Origin: Candidatus Woykebacteria bacterium | GTDB taxonomy: Bacteria > Patescibacteriota > Microgenomatia > Woykebacterales > RBG-16-39-9b | Assembly (NCBI GenBank): GCA_040876345.1 | Contig: JBBDPM010000006.1 | Span: forward strand, 136,803 to 180,430 | Direction: 5' to 3' | Length of the DNA stretch: 43,628 nucleotides | Part shown: one piece after another, positions 34,195-42,231 of the stretch | Layout: each line of letters starts with the position of its first letter | Position numbering within the stretch: position 1 is the first letter of the stretch | Notes under the pieces: model-generated | The model's database searches: none | Seen by the model: only the letters and a program-made list of their open reading frames with translations | What the model was told of the DNA's origin: nothing | Made by a program: the position numbers and the translations under genes

Positions 34195-34568
34195 TCTATC
34201 TTTCAGCCCAGAATGTTATCCAAATCCACTATGAGTTAGTTGATGCGACCGGTGGCTCTCAAGGTTTGCGGAACCTTGGACTTTTGGAATCGGCTCTCGC
34301 TCGCCCTCAACAAACCTTTGATGGTGAAGACCTCTACTCAACACTGGAGATAAAAGCAGCCGCCCTTGTCCACTCCTTGCTATTAAATCATATGTTCGTG
34401 GATGGTAACAAACGAACTGCGACTGTGGTAATGATAGAATTCTTAACATTAAACGGGAAGAAATTTAAAGCAGCGAACAAAGAAATCGTCGATTTTGCTC
34501 TTTGGGTGGAAAATCAAAAACCCTCTCTTGAAGAAATTTCCTCATGGATCCAAAAGCATACTAAATAG
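34191..34568 (+). CDS. doc: Doc (death-on-curing) Fic-family toxin
   Basis: Fic/Doc motif HMFVDGNKRTA; LLESALARPQQTF is typical of Doc. Confidence 0.85.
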   Translation: MIYLSAQNVIQIHYELVDATGGSQGLRNLGLLESALARPQQTFDGEDLYSTLEIKAAALVHSLLLNHMFVDGNKRTATVVMIEFLTLNGKKFKAANKEIVDFALWVENQKPSLEEISSWIQKHTK

Positions 34569-34573
34569 CAGAC

Positions 34574-35257
34574 TTAAACTAGTTTCCCGTCTCGAAGTTC
34601 GATTATCTTTTTGCACTGTTTGGCAATCTCTGGGTTGTGGGTAACAATCACAAAAGTTTGACCTTCTTTCTCGTTTAAATTTTTAAGTAAGTCGATTACA
34701 TCTTGGGAGTTTTTCGTATCCAGCTCACCCGTTGGCTCATCTGCCAATACAATTGCCGGTTTATTTACTAAAGCTCGGGCAATAGCAACCCTTTGCTTTT
34801 CTCCACCGGAGAGTTTGGTGGGTTTGTGATCTAGTCTTTCGGCTAAACCAACCATTGAAAGTGCTTCTTCAGCAGCTTTTTTGGCATTTACTTTTTTTCC
34901 GCTGTACTCGACTGCTAACATCACGTTTTCCAAAGCGGTCAAAGTGGGAATAAGATTATAGCCTTGAAAAACAAATCCAAGTTTTTGGCCTCTTATCTTA
35001 AATAAACCAGACAGTTTTTTCTTGGAAATATCCTCACCGTCCAAATGAACTTCCCCAGAGCTTGGCTTATCCAAAGCTCCTAATATATGCATAAGAGTCG
35101 ATTTCCCAGATCCAGACGGGCCAATGATCGCGATAAAATCACCTTTTTCGATATTTAAATTAATCCCTTGAAGAGCCCGGATCTCGTTGGGCTTATCTTT
35201 CTCGTAATATTTATATATTTCTTTTACTTCCAGAATATTTTCACTCATAAAAATCAC
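34574..35257 (-). CDS. ABC transporter ATP-binding protein (MacB/LolD-like)
   Basis: GPSGSGKST, LSGGEKQRVAIARAL, LADEPTGELD. GTG at 35257 overlaps the permease stop; an alternative ATG lies at 35248. Confidence 0.9.
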   Translation of the reverse strand: MIFMSENILEVKEIYKYYEKDKPNEIRALQGINLNIEKGDFIAIIGPSGSGKSTLMHILGALDKPSSGEVHLDGEDISKKKLSGLFKIRGQKLGFVFQGYNLIPTLTALENVMLAVEYSGKKVNAKKAAEEALSMVGLAERLDHKPTKLSGGEKQRVAIARALVNKPAIVLADEPTGELDTKNSQDVIDLLKNLNEKEGQTFVIVTHNPEIAKQCKKIIELRDGKLV

Positions 35258-36420
35258 TCGTTCCTTAAAGCTTCGATTGGATTAAGACGAGACGCAAACC
35301 AAGCTGGATAAAGACCGGCAACCGCGCCAAGTATTGTGGCAAACGCAACTGACCCAACAGCAAGCCTGGTTGTTGTTAGAAAAATAACTTGACCAGATGG
35401 CTCGGTAATTGCATTAATTATTCTAACTGTTAAATAACCAGCCCCAAGCCCCACTAAACCGCCAATAAAACCCATGATGGCTGCTTCCAACAAAAATTCT
35501 CTCATGATTCTAAAGTTGGAAGCGCCGATTGCTTTTCTGATCCCTATTTCCCGGATTCTCTCGGCAACTGACATAATCATCGTGTTGATAATGGAGAAAC
35601 TGCCCACTATTAAAGCAACCAAAGCACTACCCAAAATAATCAAGTTAAAAATCGCGGTGGAATTGGCGACTTGTTTCCTAAATTCATCGGGGGAAAGAGC
35701 TTCAACGTCCTTAACATTATCGTTTATTTTCTTAACTACTTCCTCGGGGTCAGAACCATCTATCACAAACACTTCAATGCTAGTGGCTAAATCTTCTTTT
35801 TTTACGCCGGCTCGGTAAGCAGCTGGTATATCCTCATAAAAAATCTCTTGCGCATCAGGAAGATTTACCAAGGCCATATTATCGGGAGCGGTAAAAGTTT
35901 TTTCCAAAATACCCACAACCTCAAAATCTTTATCGCGAAGTTTTATGGTATCACCCGCCTTAACTTCTAAGTTGTTGGCAAGATCGACTCCAAGAACCAC
36001 TTTTTTGCTATCCCCTTTTTCGATCGCTCTTCCTTTGGCATAGTTTAGTTCGAAAGTTTCATCGGCGGCAGAATCTGGATCTCCACCGCTAATCATTGAG
36101 GGTGGGCCAAAAGAGACAGCCGATCCACCATCAACATCTTTCATCACCGACACTGTTGGCCAAGCGGATTTTACTCCTTCAATATTTTTGATCTCGTCTA
36201 TTTTAGAAACTGAAACAGGATTTATTTGAAAAGAAAACAGAGAAGCGCTTTCTTGGACGATGATCCGGCTTCCATAGTAGTCCAAACCGCCTTCAATTAG
36301 CAAATTCAACTTTTCGGACATGGATCCCATCACCACAAAGGCAAAAATACCAATGGCAATGCCAAATACAGTAAGGGCCGCTCTTAATTTTTTCCTAAAA
36401 ATACTTCTTAAAATTTTCAC
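35254..36420 (-). CDS. ABC transporter permease, FtsX/MacB family with periplasmic domain
   Basis: TM1, then a large extracytoplasmic domain, then three C-terminal TM helices with a REIGIRKAIGA linker. I chose the GTG at 36420 (VKILRSIFRKKLRAALT); the track start at 36474 lies inside the promoter. Confidence 0.85.
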   Translation of the reverse strand: MKILRSIFRKKLRAALTVFGIAIGIFAFVVMGSMSEKLNLLIEGGLDYYGSRIIVQESASLFSFQINPVSVSKIDEIKNIEGVKSAWPTVSVMKDVDGGSAVSFGPPSMISGGDPDSAADETFELNYAKGRAIEKGDSKKVVLGVDLANNLEVKAGDTIKLRDKDFEVVGILEKTFTAPDNMALVNLPDAQEIFYEDIPAAYRAGVKKEDLATSIEVFVIDGSDPEEVVKKINDNVKDVEALSPDEFRKQVANSTAIFNLIILGSALVALIVGSFSIINTMIMSVAERIREIGIRKAIGASNFRIMREFLLEAAIMGFIGGLVGLGAGYLTVRIINAITEPSGQVIFLTTTRLAVGSVAFATILGAVAGLYPAWFASRLNPIEALRNE

Positions 36421-36429
36421 TGACTTATG

Positions 36430-36457
36430 ATTATACTGAAACAAGGAAAAATTACAA
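36430..36457 (-). promoter_or_regulatory. promoter of the ABC operon, leaderless-type spacing
   Basis: Minus strand: TTGTAA (36457-36452), 16-nt spacer, TATAAT (36435-36430), then 9 nt to the GTG at 36420. Confidence 0.5.
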
Positions 36458-36491
36458 TAGGATCGTTTTAACAAAAGTAGATCTGGAGTCC

Positions 36492-36544
36492 AAAAAATAA
36501 CGAAGGGCCGCGACGCAGAGAACGAATCCTCTGTGCTGCGACCC
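36492..36544 (-). terminator. strong intrinsic terminator of the high-GC gene
   Basis: In the minus-strand RNA a 16-position stem (36505-36520 / 36529-36544) forms 14 pairs, two of them G-U that would be mismatches on the plus strand. It is followed by UUCGUUAUUUUUUGG. Confidence 0.7.
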
Positions 36545-36578
36545 TTGGTGTACGCGCTTCGCCTGAGACCTTGTGGAT

Positions 36579-36890
36579 CTAGGCGGGCGCGGTGGTGGCG
36601 GCCAGGTTGTGCACCGTGACGCTGCCTTCGGTTTGGTCGATGAACTCCTGGAGCTCCGCTTCGGTGAGCGCCCAGAGCCGGCAGGCGTCGATCTTACCGA
36701 TGGTCATGATGGTGGCGTCGTCGAGCGTGGTTCCCAGCTTGAACAGCTGGTCGAGGTTGCCGCTGCAGGTCGCGACGACGGACCGGCGGCCCGTGGCGCG
36801 TTCGAAGACCGTAGTGAACCGCTCCCTGATCTCGCCGTCGCTGGCGCCATCGATCGGACCGTCCTCTTGGTCCCACTTCCTATGGAGCAT
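36579..36890 (-). CDS. hypothetical 103-aa protein with extreme GC3 (foreign-looking)
   Basis: By hand count about nine in ten codons of this frame end in G or C, which identifies the coding frame among the overlapping ORFs. The composition changes abruptly at both ends. The gene has its own terminator but no obvious SD. Confidence 0.55.
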   Translation of the reverse strand: MLHRKWDQEDGPIDGASDGEIRERFTTVFERATGRRSVVATCSGNLDQLFKLGTTLDDATIMTIGKIDACRLWALTEAELQEFIDQTEGSVTVHNLAATTAPA

Positions 36891-36921
36891 TTTTCTAGAA
36901 TAATTTGTTATAATTAAAATA

Positions 36922-38142
36922 GTGAAAAAACTTGCCCCCTACTTAGTCTTAATAATTATAGTAATAATAGGAATCGCTCTCTTTTTGGTGTGGGGAAGAC
37001 GCCCAACAATTACAGATACCTTTGACCTATCTACTAATACCCCCGCAAAATCCAACTCAACAAAACCGGCGAGAGTCGGCCTAACTCTGATCGCCACTAG
37101 CCTCGGCAGCCCAACTGCAATTGTTTCAACGCCAGATCAGAGTGATCAACGTTTGTTTGTAGTAGATCGCGCCGGGCTAATCAAAATCATCGGTGACGGT
37201 GGTAAAGTCAAATCTAAACCATTTCTGGATATTAGAAGCAAAGTCCAAGCCGGTGGAGAAATGGGTCTTTTGGGGCTCGCCTTTCACCCTTCTTACAAAA
37301 CAAACAGTCAGTTCTTCGTGAACTACACCGACAAAGACCAAAACACTATTGTCGCTCGCTTCAAAGCGTCAACCGACCCTAACAGGGCCGATGCAGCCTC
37401 AGAAGAAATATTACTCAAAGTAGCTCAACCCTATCGCAACCACAACGGCGGAGACATGGCTTTTGGGCCAGATAAATACTTATATATAGCTCTTGGCGAC
37501 GGTGGGAGCGGCGGTGACCCTCAAAATCGTGCCCAGAACATGAACGTTCTATTCGGAAAAATTCTGCGAATTGATGTGAGTAAGGAAAAGGGTTATTCAA
37601 TACCGACGGATAATCCGTTTGTTAAAGAACCAAATGCCAAACCAGAAATATGGTCTTACGGTTTACGCAACCCTTGGCGGTTTAGTTTTGACAAAGAGAC
37701 GGGAGATATGTGGATTGGCGATGTTGGCCAGGGTAAAGTTGAAGAAGTGAATTTTGAGAAAGCAGGAAGCCCAGGTGGTGTAAATTACGGCTGGCGCTGC
37801 TACGAAGGGGCACCACCCTACAATCCCTTAGGTTGCAAGGAGAAAAGCCAATACACTTTTCCAGTCCTTGAATACACTCATGAAGAAAGACGCTGTTCGG
37901 TAACCGGTGGTTTCGTCTATCGCGGCAGCCTCTACAAAAGCCTTGCAGGTAAATATTTCTACGGGGACTACTGCACGGGTGAAGTTTTTATGGCCGAGCA
38001 AAAAGATGGAGAATGGCAATCTAGCCTTGCAATCGACACACCTTATAAAATCAGCACCTTTGGTCAAAGCAGCAGTGGTGAACTCTACTTAGCCGATCTT
38101 GAAACTGGTAGCGTTTATCTTATCCAAGATATCGCTAATTAA
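36922..38142 (+). CDS. PQQ-dependent sugar (glucose/sorbosone) dehydrogenase family beta-propeller, membrane-anchored
   Basis: MGLLGLAFHP, NHNGGDMAFGPD..LYIALGDGGSGGDPQNRAQN, YGLRNPWRFSFD, YGWRCYEG. The GTG start lies 7 nt after TGtTATAAT (36906-36914). Confidence 0.85.
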   Translation: MKKLAPYLVLIIIVIIGIALFLVWGRRPTITDTFDLSTNTPAKSNSTKPARVGLTLIATSLGSPTAIVSTPDQSDQRLFVVDRAGLIKIIGDGGKVKSKPFLDIRSKVQAGGEMGLLGLAFHPSYKTNSQFFVNYTDKDQNTIVARFKASTDPNRADAASEEILLKVAQPYRNHNGGDMAFGPDKYLYIALGDGGSGGDPQNRAQNMNVLFGKILRIDVSKEKGYSIPTDNPFVKEPNAKPEIWSYGLRNPWRFSFDKETGDMWIGDVGQGKVEEVNFEKAGSPGGVNYGWRCYEGAPPYNPLGCKEKSQYTFPVLEYTHEERRCSVTGGFVYRGSLYKSLAGKYFYGDYCTGEVFMAEQKDGEWQSSLAIDTPYKISTFGQSSSGELYLADLETGSVYLIQDIAN

Positions 38143-38155
38143 CCCCACAAATTAA

Positions 38156-38383
38156 TTATTTTTCACTTGTCTTTGAAGCTATCCACTCAACTAAAACTGC
38201 AACCGAGACAAAATACGGAAATACTCCATAGAAAGTGTCGCTGACAGAGTGCGAGCTCCTATCTATCGCCCAAAAAACATTTACTATAAAAAGGGCCGCC
38301 AACACAAATATTGCCCAGCCTTGCCACGAAACTGGAATATGACACCAACCCCAAGTTTTAAACCAAATATTTTTCTGACTCAT
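38156..38383 (-). CDS. small two-TM membrane protein
   Basis: I chose the ATG at 38383 (MSQKNIWFKTWGW), 1 nt after the upstream stop. Two hydrophobic helices are present. Confidence 0.5.
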   Translation of the reverse strand: MSQKNIWFKTWGWCHIPVSWQGWAIFVLAALFIVNVFWAIDRSSHSVSDTFYGVFPYFVSVAVLVEWIASKTSEK

Positions 38384-38384
38384 T

Positions 38385-38837
38385 TCAGTGCTTCCTACTC
38401 TTTCTGCTTTCTTCATAACGGGCGATTAATTCGTTTGGAGTCACTATAGACACAGCCTTACCAATAACGTCAAGAGGGATGTCTTCTAGCTTCTTCGCGC
38501 GCACGCAGCTTTTACCCATGTCCAGCTTTTTACCTGCCTTTTCGTATTCCCTTTTAAACCACGCTTCTGTTTTTGGGTTTCCATACACGGTCATCAAATA
38601 AATAGAAATATAGTTTTTCTGTGAGGCTAAGGCGGCTATGCCTAAAGGCTGTTTATTGTAAGTATTAGGGTAGCGGGCAAGAGGGATGTGATAGACAATC
38701 ATACCGTACCCCATTCCTTCTTCGTAACCAACCGGTAAGTTTTTCTTTATCACTTCACGGATTTTACTAATCGCCTCTTTTCGGTCCAGCGGCAAACTAT
38801 CTATGTATTCCTCAACTGTTTTTGCACTACTTTGCAT
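38385..38837 (-). CDS. DUF1801 (YdhG-like) protein, intact copy
   Basis: VEEYIDSLPLDRKEAISKIREVI..QKNYISIYLM..GKSCVRAKKLEDIPLDVIGKAV. TGTATAAT lies 7 nt upstream of the ATG. Confidence 0.75.
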   Translation of the reverse strand: MQSSAKTVEEYIDSLPLDRKEAISKIREVIKKNLPVGYEEGMGYGMIVYHIPLARYPNTYNKQPLGIAALASQKNYISIYLMTVYGNPKTEAWFKREYEKAGKKLDMGKSCVRAKKLEDIPLDVIGKAVSIVTPNELIARYEESRKSRKH

Positions 38838-38844
38838 CTACCAC

Positions 38845-38866
38845 ATTATACATTATTGGATATAAT
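38845..38866. promoter_or_regulatory. face-to-face divergent -10 boxes in a 35-bp intergenic gap
   Basis: The minus-strand TATAAT (38850-38845) lies 7 nt from the ATG at 38837. The plus-strand TATAAT (38861-38866) lies 6 nt from the ATG at 38873. Confidence 0.5.
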
Positions 38867-38872
38867 AACCAC

Positions 38873-39418
38873 ATGGAAATTGGCAAGACCTTGTATTTAA
38901 CAAGCCGAAAGGGCTGGAGGGCGTGGCTTGAAAGTAACTATGATAAAGAAACAGAGATCTGGCTAGTTTACTACCGGAAAGATTCTGGAAAGCCACGGAT
39001 TCCATATGATGAAGCAGTCGAGGAGGCTCTTTGCTTTGGTTGGATTGATAGTATTGAAAAAGGAGTTGACAGCGAAAGATTTGCTCAGCGTTTTTCACCG
39101 CGCAAACCAAAAAGTACCTGGTCCGAGATGAATAAGGAAAGGGTCCGCCGGCTCATAAAACAAGGGAAAATGACCTCCGCTGGCCTCACTTTGTTTCCGA
39201 AAGACGAGAATCCGTTCAAAATCCCAGCCGACATTCTCAAAGAATTGAAGGAAGACAAAGAGACTTGGGAAAATTTTCAAAAATTTCCAGAAAGTTACCA
39301 AAGGATACGAGTTGGTTGGATAGATATGTCCAGAAGCCGACCAGATGAGTTTAAAAAGCGATTAAATTACTTCCTCAAAAAAACGAGGCAGAACGAAAAG
39401 TTTGGTATGGTGCAATGA
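38873..39418 (+). CDS. YdeI/OmpD-associated family protein
   Basis: WRAWLESNYDKETEIWLVYYRKDSGKPRIPYDEAVEEALCFGWIDS and the C-terminal pattern are typical of this family. I chose the ATG at 38873. Confidence 0.75.
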   Translation: MEIGKTLYLTSRKGWRAWLESNYDKETEIWLVYYRKDSGKPRIPYDEAVEEALCFGWIDSIEKGVDSERFAQRFSPRKPKSTWSEMNKERVRRLIKQGKMTSAGLTLFPKDENPFKIPADILKELKEDKETWENFQKFPESYQRIRVGWIDMSRSRPDEFKKRLNYFLKKTRQNEKFGMVQ

Positions 39419-39425
39419 GGTCAGA

Positions 39426-39635
39426 TTACTTCTTCTCCATTTGGAGCCAAGCTACCCAAACTGCACAAAGGCCAACAACTACATAGACAATATTCTCAAG
39501 TACTGGGATCGAACCAAGAATTAAATTTATAACGTTAAGATTAGTGTCTAGAAAATACCCAAGTCCGACTAAGCCCCAGTTGAGACCACCGATAACAAGT
39601 AGCCATACTCCCCATTTCTTTTCCATTTCACCCAT
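39426..39635 (-). CDS. DUF378 small membrane protein
   Basis: LLVIGGLNWGLVGL...LVYVVVGLCAVW pattern. SD AAAGGGGGTGA lies upstream. Confidence 0.75.
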   Translation of the reverse strand: MGEMEKKWGVWLLVIGGLNWGLVGLGYFLDTNLNVINLILGSIPVLENIVYVVVGLCAVWVAWLQMEKK

Positions 39636-39812
39636 CTGTTATTCACCCCCTTTCACTTCAACAAGCTCAGTGTAAACTTAGTTCAAGATGATTTTATCGA
39701 CTAGCACTACAAACATAAAAAGCACTTTAACTTTTGCAGTTTTTAAGAAATTTGTCAATTAGCCAGTTAAGGCCCTTACACCAACTCGTCATGTAGAAAA
39801 GGGATAATTTTT

Positions 39813-39847
39813 GTGTCAGCGCGCTGACACAGTTTTTAGGGTTTTTT
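39813..39847 (+). terminator. orphan plus-strand terminator-like hairpin
   Basis: The perfect 18-nt palindrome GTGTCAGCGCGCTGACAC (39813-39830) is followed by AGTTTTTAGGGTTTTTTG. No plus-strand gene ends nearby. Confidence 0.45.
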
Positions 39848-39924
39848 GAAGCTACTTTTTTAATTTCTTTGTCCTCTTACCTTACTAAGTAAGGGAGGAG
39901 CGAATTTTTGATATAATGAGTAGA

Positions 39925-39932
39925 CCCCCCCC
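39925..39932. repeat. C8 homopolymer in a 420-bp non-coding region
   Basis: Eight consecutive C lie just downstream of a TGaTATAAT-like box (39908-39916). Confidence 0.9.
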
Positions 39933-40060
39933 AGAAACAAAAAAAGATAACCTCAAAAGAAACAGAGAAACGCTACGCTAAAGACCCTAAAGAATAGAAC
40001 TCTACCAAACAGAAATAGAAAATAAAGAAGTAAATAAAGAGATTCGAAACTACCCAATAG

Positions 40061-40783
40061 CTACTTAAACGGATTTGGTACCCCAAGAGGATTGTTTGCG
40101 GGTTTCCCTTTAAATTTTATTCTTGTACTTAAGGACAAAAGTTTTTCCCGATCTGCAGAGCTTATAAAAAGGTCGTCGCTAAGTGTTGGGGCAAGATTAG
40201 ATTTTTCTACAGGTAACTCTAAAACTACGCTAGCGGTCAAATCTTCATCTTGACCTTTAATGGTAATATCACCTGCTCCTAATAAACGGTCTGTAAATTC
40301 AAGATTTGAGATGAATTTCAAGATATTTCTGAAACCCCCCTTGATCGTAATTTCGAGGGTATAATAGTTCCCCGAAGGAACAGCTGGGTTTAGGGTCGTA
40401 GTTGAAGTAGCAGGGGTTGATCCTCTCCCTGAAGCACTTGATCGCGCGGCTACATCCTCCATTTGAACTTTAGATGAGGCGGCTAAATTTTCTAAAATAC
40501 TTAAATCTCGCAATAAATCTTTTTCTGAAGGAATTAAGGAACTGACTATTGTGTAAAAATCCTCAATTTCCCCTCTATCTTGCCCTGCTAAGTTAGAGAT
40601 TTTCCCAGATAAGTCATCAATTTCCTTGATGAGTTCTTTGTTTTCCGGCTTCAAGCTCTGGTAGGAATTTAATCTGGGCAAACTTAGAAAATAGGTTATA
40701 AAAATTGTCATTAAAATAGTAAAAATAGCAGAGGCTAGTATAAAAATTATTGTCTTTTTCAAAAATATTTTTAGATACTTCAC
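40061..40783 (-). CDS. PilO-like bitopic protein (copy 2)
   Basis: N-terminal TM helix, a coiled coil with ..LIPSEKDLLRDLSILENLA.., a Ser/Thr linker and a C-terminal beta domain ending NNPLGVPNPFK. The start overlaps the pilN-like stop (GTGA). Confidence 0.55.
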   Translation of the reverse strand: MKYLKIFLKKTIIFILASAIFTILMTIFITYFLSLPRLNSYQSLKPENKELIKEIDDLSGKISNLAGQDRGEIEDFYTIVSSLIPSEKDLLRDLSILENLAASSKVQMEDVAARSSASGRGSTPATSTTTLNPAVPSGNYYTLEITIKGGFRNILKFISNLEFTDRLLGAGDITIKGQDEDLTASVVLELPVEKSNLAPTLSDDLFISSADREKLLSLSTRIKFKGKPANNPLGVPNPFK

Positions 40784-41334
40784 TTTATTTGCACCGTTAT
40801 TAAAAAATTATAAGATTCTTTTGAAGCCTTATCCACTTTAGTTAGATCGACTGAATCAAACTGGCTAGTTTGTCCTTGGAGAACGTTAAAAAATTGATAG
40901 ATTACGGCCGGATCTTTAGAAAAACCTTCTAAAGAAGCTCTCTTTTGAGTACTTAGTGTCAAACTATTGAGGTTTATTCCACCTGGCGTAACTTTAAGGA
41001 TTTTGTGGATCAACAAGTCCATTGGGGGGTGGGTGAGCTCGAAAGTATCGTGTATCGATATACCTGATTTAATTATCTTTGTCTGACTTGCAAGTGCAGA
41101 ATAAGCTTGAAGCTCTTGCTCTTTAGCCGCCTTCTGTTTTTCTAACCTGTCCCTAACCCCATCTTCGCTTTTTTCGGCCACCAAGAGAAAGGAAAAAAGA
41201 ACAAGCTCGGAAAACACCAAAACTACCGATGTTAAGAGCGTTGCAATCTTTATTTTGAAAACGCGGCTCTTCTGTTCTTCTTCTGGAATTAAATTTAACT
41301 CGCGCTCTTTTCCGCCAAAAAATCTAAAGGGCAT
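40780..41334 (-). CDS. pilN: PilN-like bitopic protein (copy 2)
   Basis: MPFRFFGGKERELNLIPEEEQ, then a TM helix, a coiled coil and a small C-terminal domain. The INL(I/L)P motif is typical of PilN. I chose the ATG at 41334. Confidence 0.6.
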   Translation of the reverse strand: MPFRFFGGKERELNLIPEEEQKSRVFKIKIATLLTSVVLVFSELVLFSFLLVAEKSEDGVRDRLEKQKAAKEQELQAYSALASQTKIIKSGISIHDTFELTHPPMDLLIHKILKVTPGGINLNSLTLSTQKRASLEGFSKDPAVIYQFFNVLQGQTSQFDSVDLTKVDKASKESYNFLITVQIK

Positions 41335-41415
41335 AGACTTATCAACCAAACTAATTTCTACTGAATCAATTTTCTTATCCTAACAAGAAAAAGTCAAACG
41401 CTACTACAGAGCAGA

Positions 41416-42231
41416 CTACTGAAATGGGTTTGATTTACCAAGAGGATTTCTCGCAGGTGAGGCAGAGTAAAGAATTTTGCTTTTAACTTCCTCAATAATC
41501 TTCTTCTCTTGATCCGTGAGGTTTATAAATTCATTAGAGGCCACTGTCGAGCTAGATTTCGAAAGTGGGAGTTGTACATCTAGAACCGCGATTAAATCAC
41601 TCCCCTCACCTAAACTAAGATCAACCTGGGAAAAGGCTGCAAATCTATCCATATTATCAAAGTTCTTGATGTAATTAATAACTGAGTTAAAAGGGCCGGT
41701 TACCGATATTTTTGTGCTGTAGGAAGAGGTGCTACTAACTTGGGGAGCCGGTGTCGCCGGAGAAGCTTGAGGTTGCGGTTGATCTTGAGCAAAAGCTTTC
41801 TTCACAAGACTTACCGGTTGCGAAGGAGTAGCCGGAGCGGGCGCTTGACTGCCAGAAGAGGCCGGAGTAGTCGGCGTTGCTGTTGCGCTAACAATCTGGG
41901 TATCCGTAATTTCAACTCCAGAAACTTGGGCCACTACCTCATTTAAAGTTAAAAATCTTAAGACATCTCGTTCTTCCGGAATCAAATTGTCAACTAAAGT
42001 TACTAAGTCCTTTATTTCCTCCGGATCAAGCTTTGAGTATGTAGTGATACTTTCACTCAGCTCCACAAGTTCTTTTTCGCTTTCAGAATTTTTTGACGAC
42101 AACTCTCTAAACGAAGATATTTTCGGAATAATAAGCAGACCCACTAGGGCAACAAAAATCATAAGCTCAGCAAGACCAACTGATATTCCCAAAATTAGTG
42201 GTTTCTTAAAAAATTTTATTAAAGATTTCAT
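41416..42231 (-). CDS. PilO-like bitopic protein (copy 1) with Pro/Ala/Ser/Gln-rich linker
   Basis: Same architecture as 40061-40783: ..LIPEERDVLRFLTLNEVVA.. and the C-terminal motif RNPLGKSNPFQ. The ATG overlaps the upstream stop (TAATG). Confidence 0.55.
   Translation of the reverse strand: MKSLIKFFKKPLILGISVGLAELMIFVALVGLLIIPKISSFRELSSKNSESEKELVELSESITTYSKLDPEEIKDLVTLVDNLIPEERDVLRFLTLNEVVAQVSGVEITDTQIVSATATPTTPASSGSQAPAPATPSQPVSLVKKAFAQDQPQPQASPATPAPQVSSTSSYSTKISVTGPFNSVINYIKNFDNMDRFAAFSQVDLSLGEGSDLIAVLDVQLPLSKSSSTVASNEFINLTDQEKKIIEEVKSKILYSASPARNPLGKSNPFQ

Noticed and set aside
36573-36917. Plus-strand ORFs (114 aa and 103 aa) and a second minus-strand ORF (36694-36876) inside the high-GC insert.
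   Set aside because: These are typical shadow ORFs of a high-GC gene. Only the minus frame 36579-36890 shows the extreme G/C preference at codon position 3, and it is followed by a terminator on its own strand.
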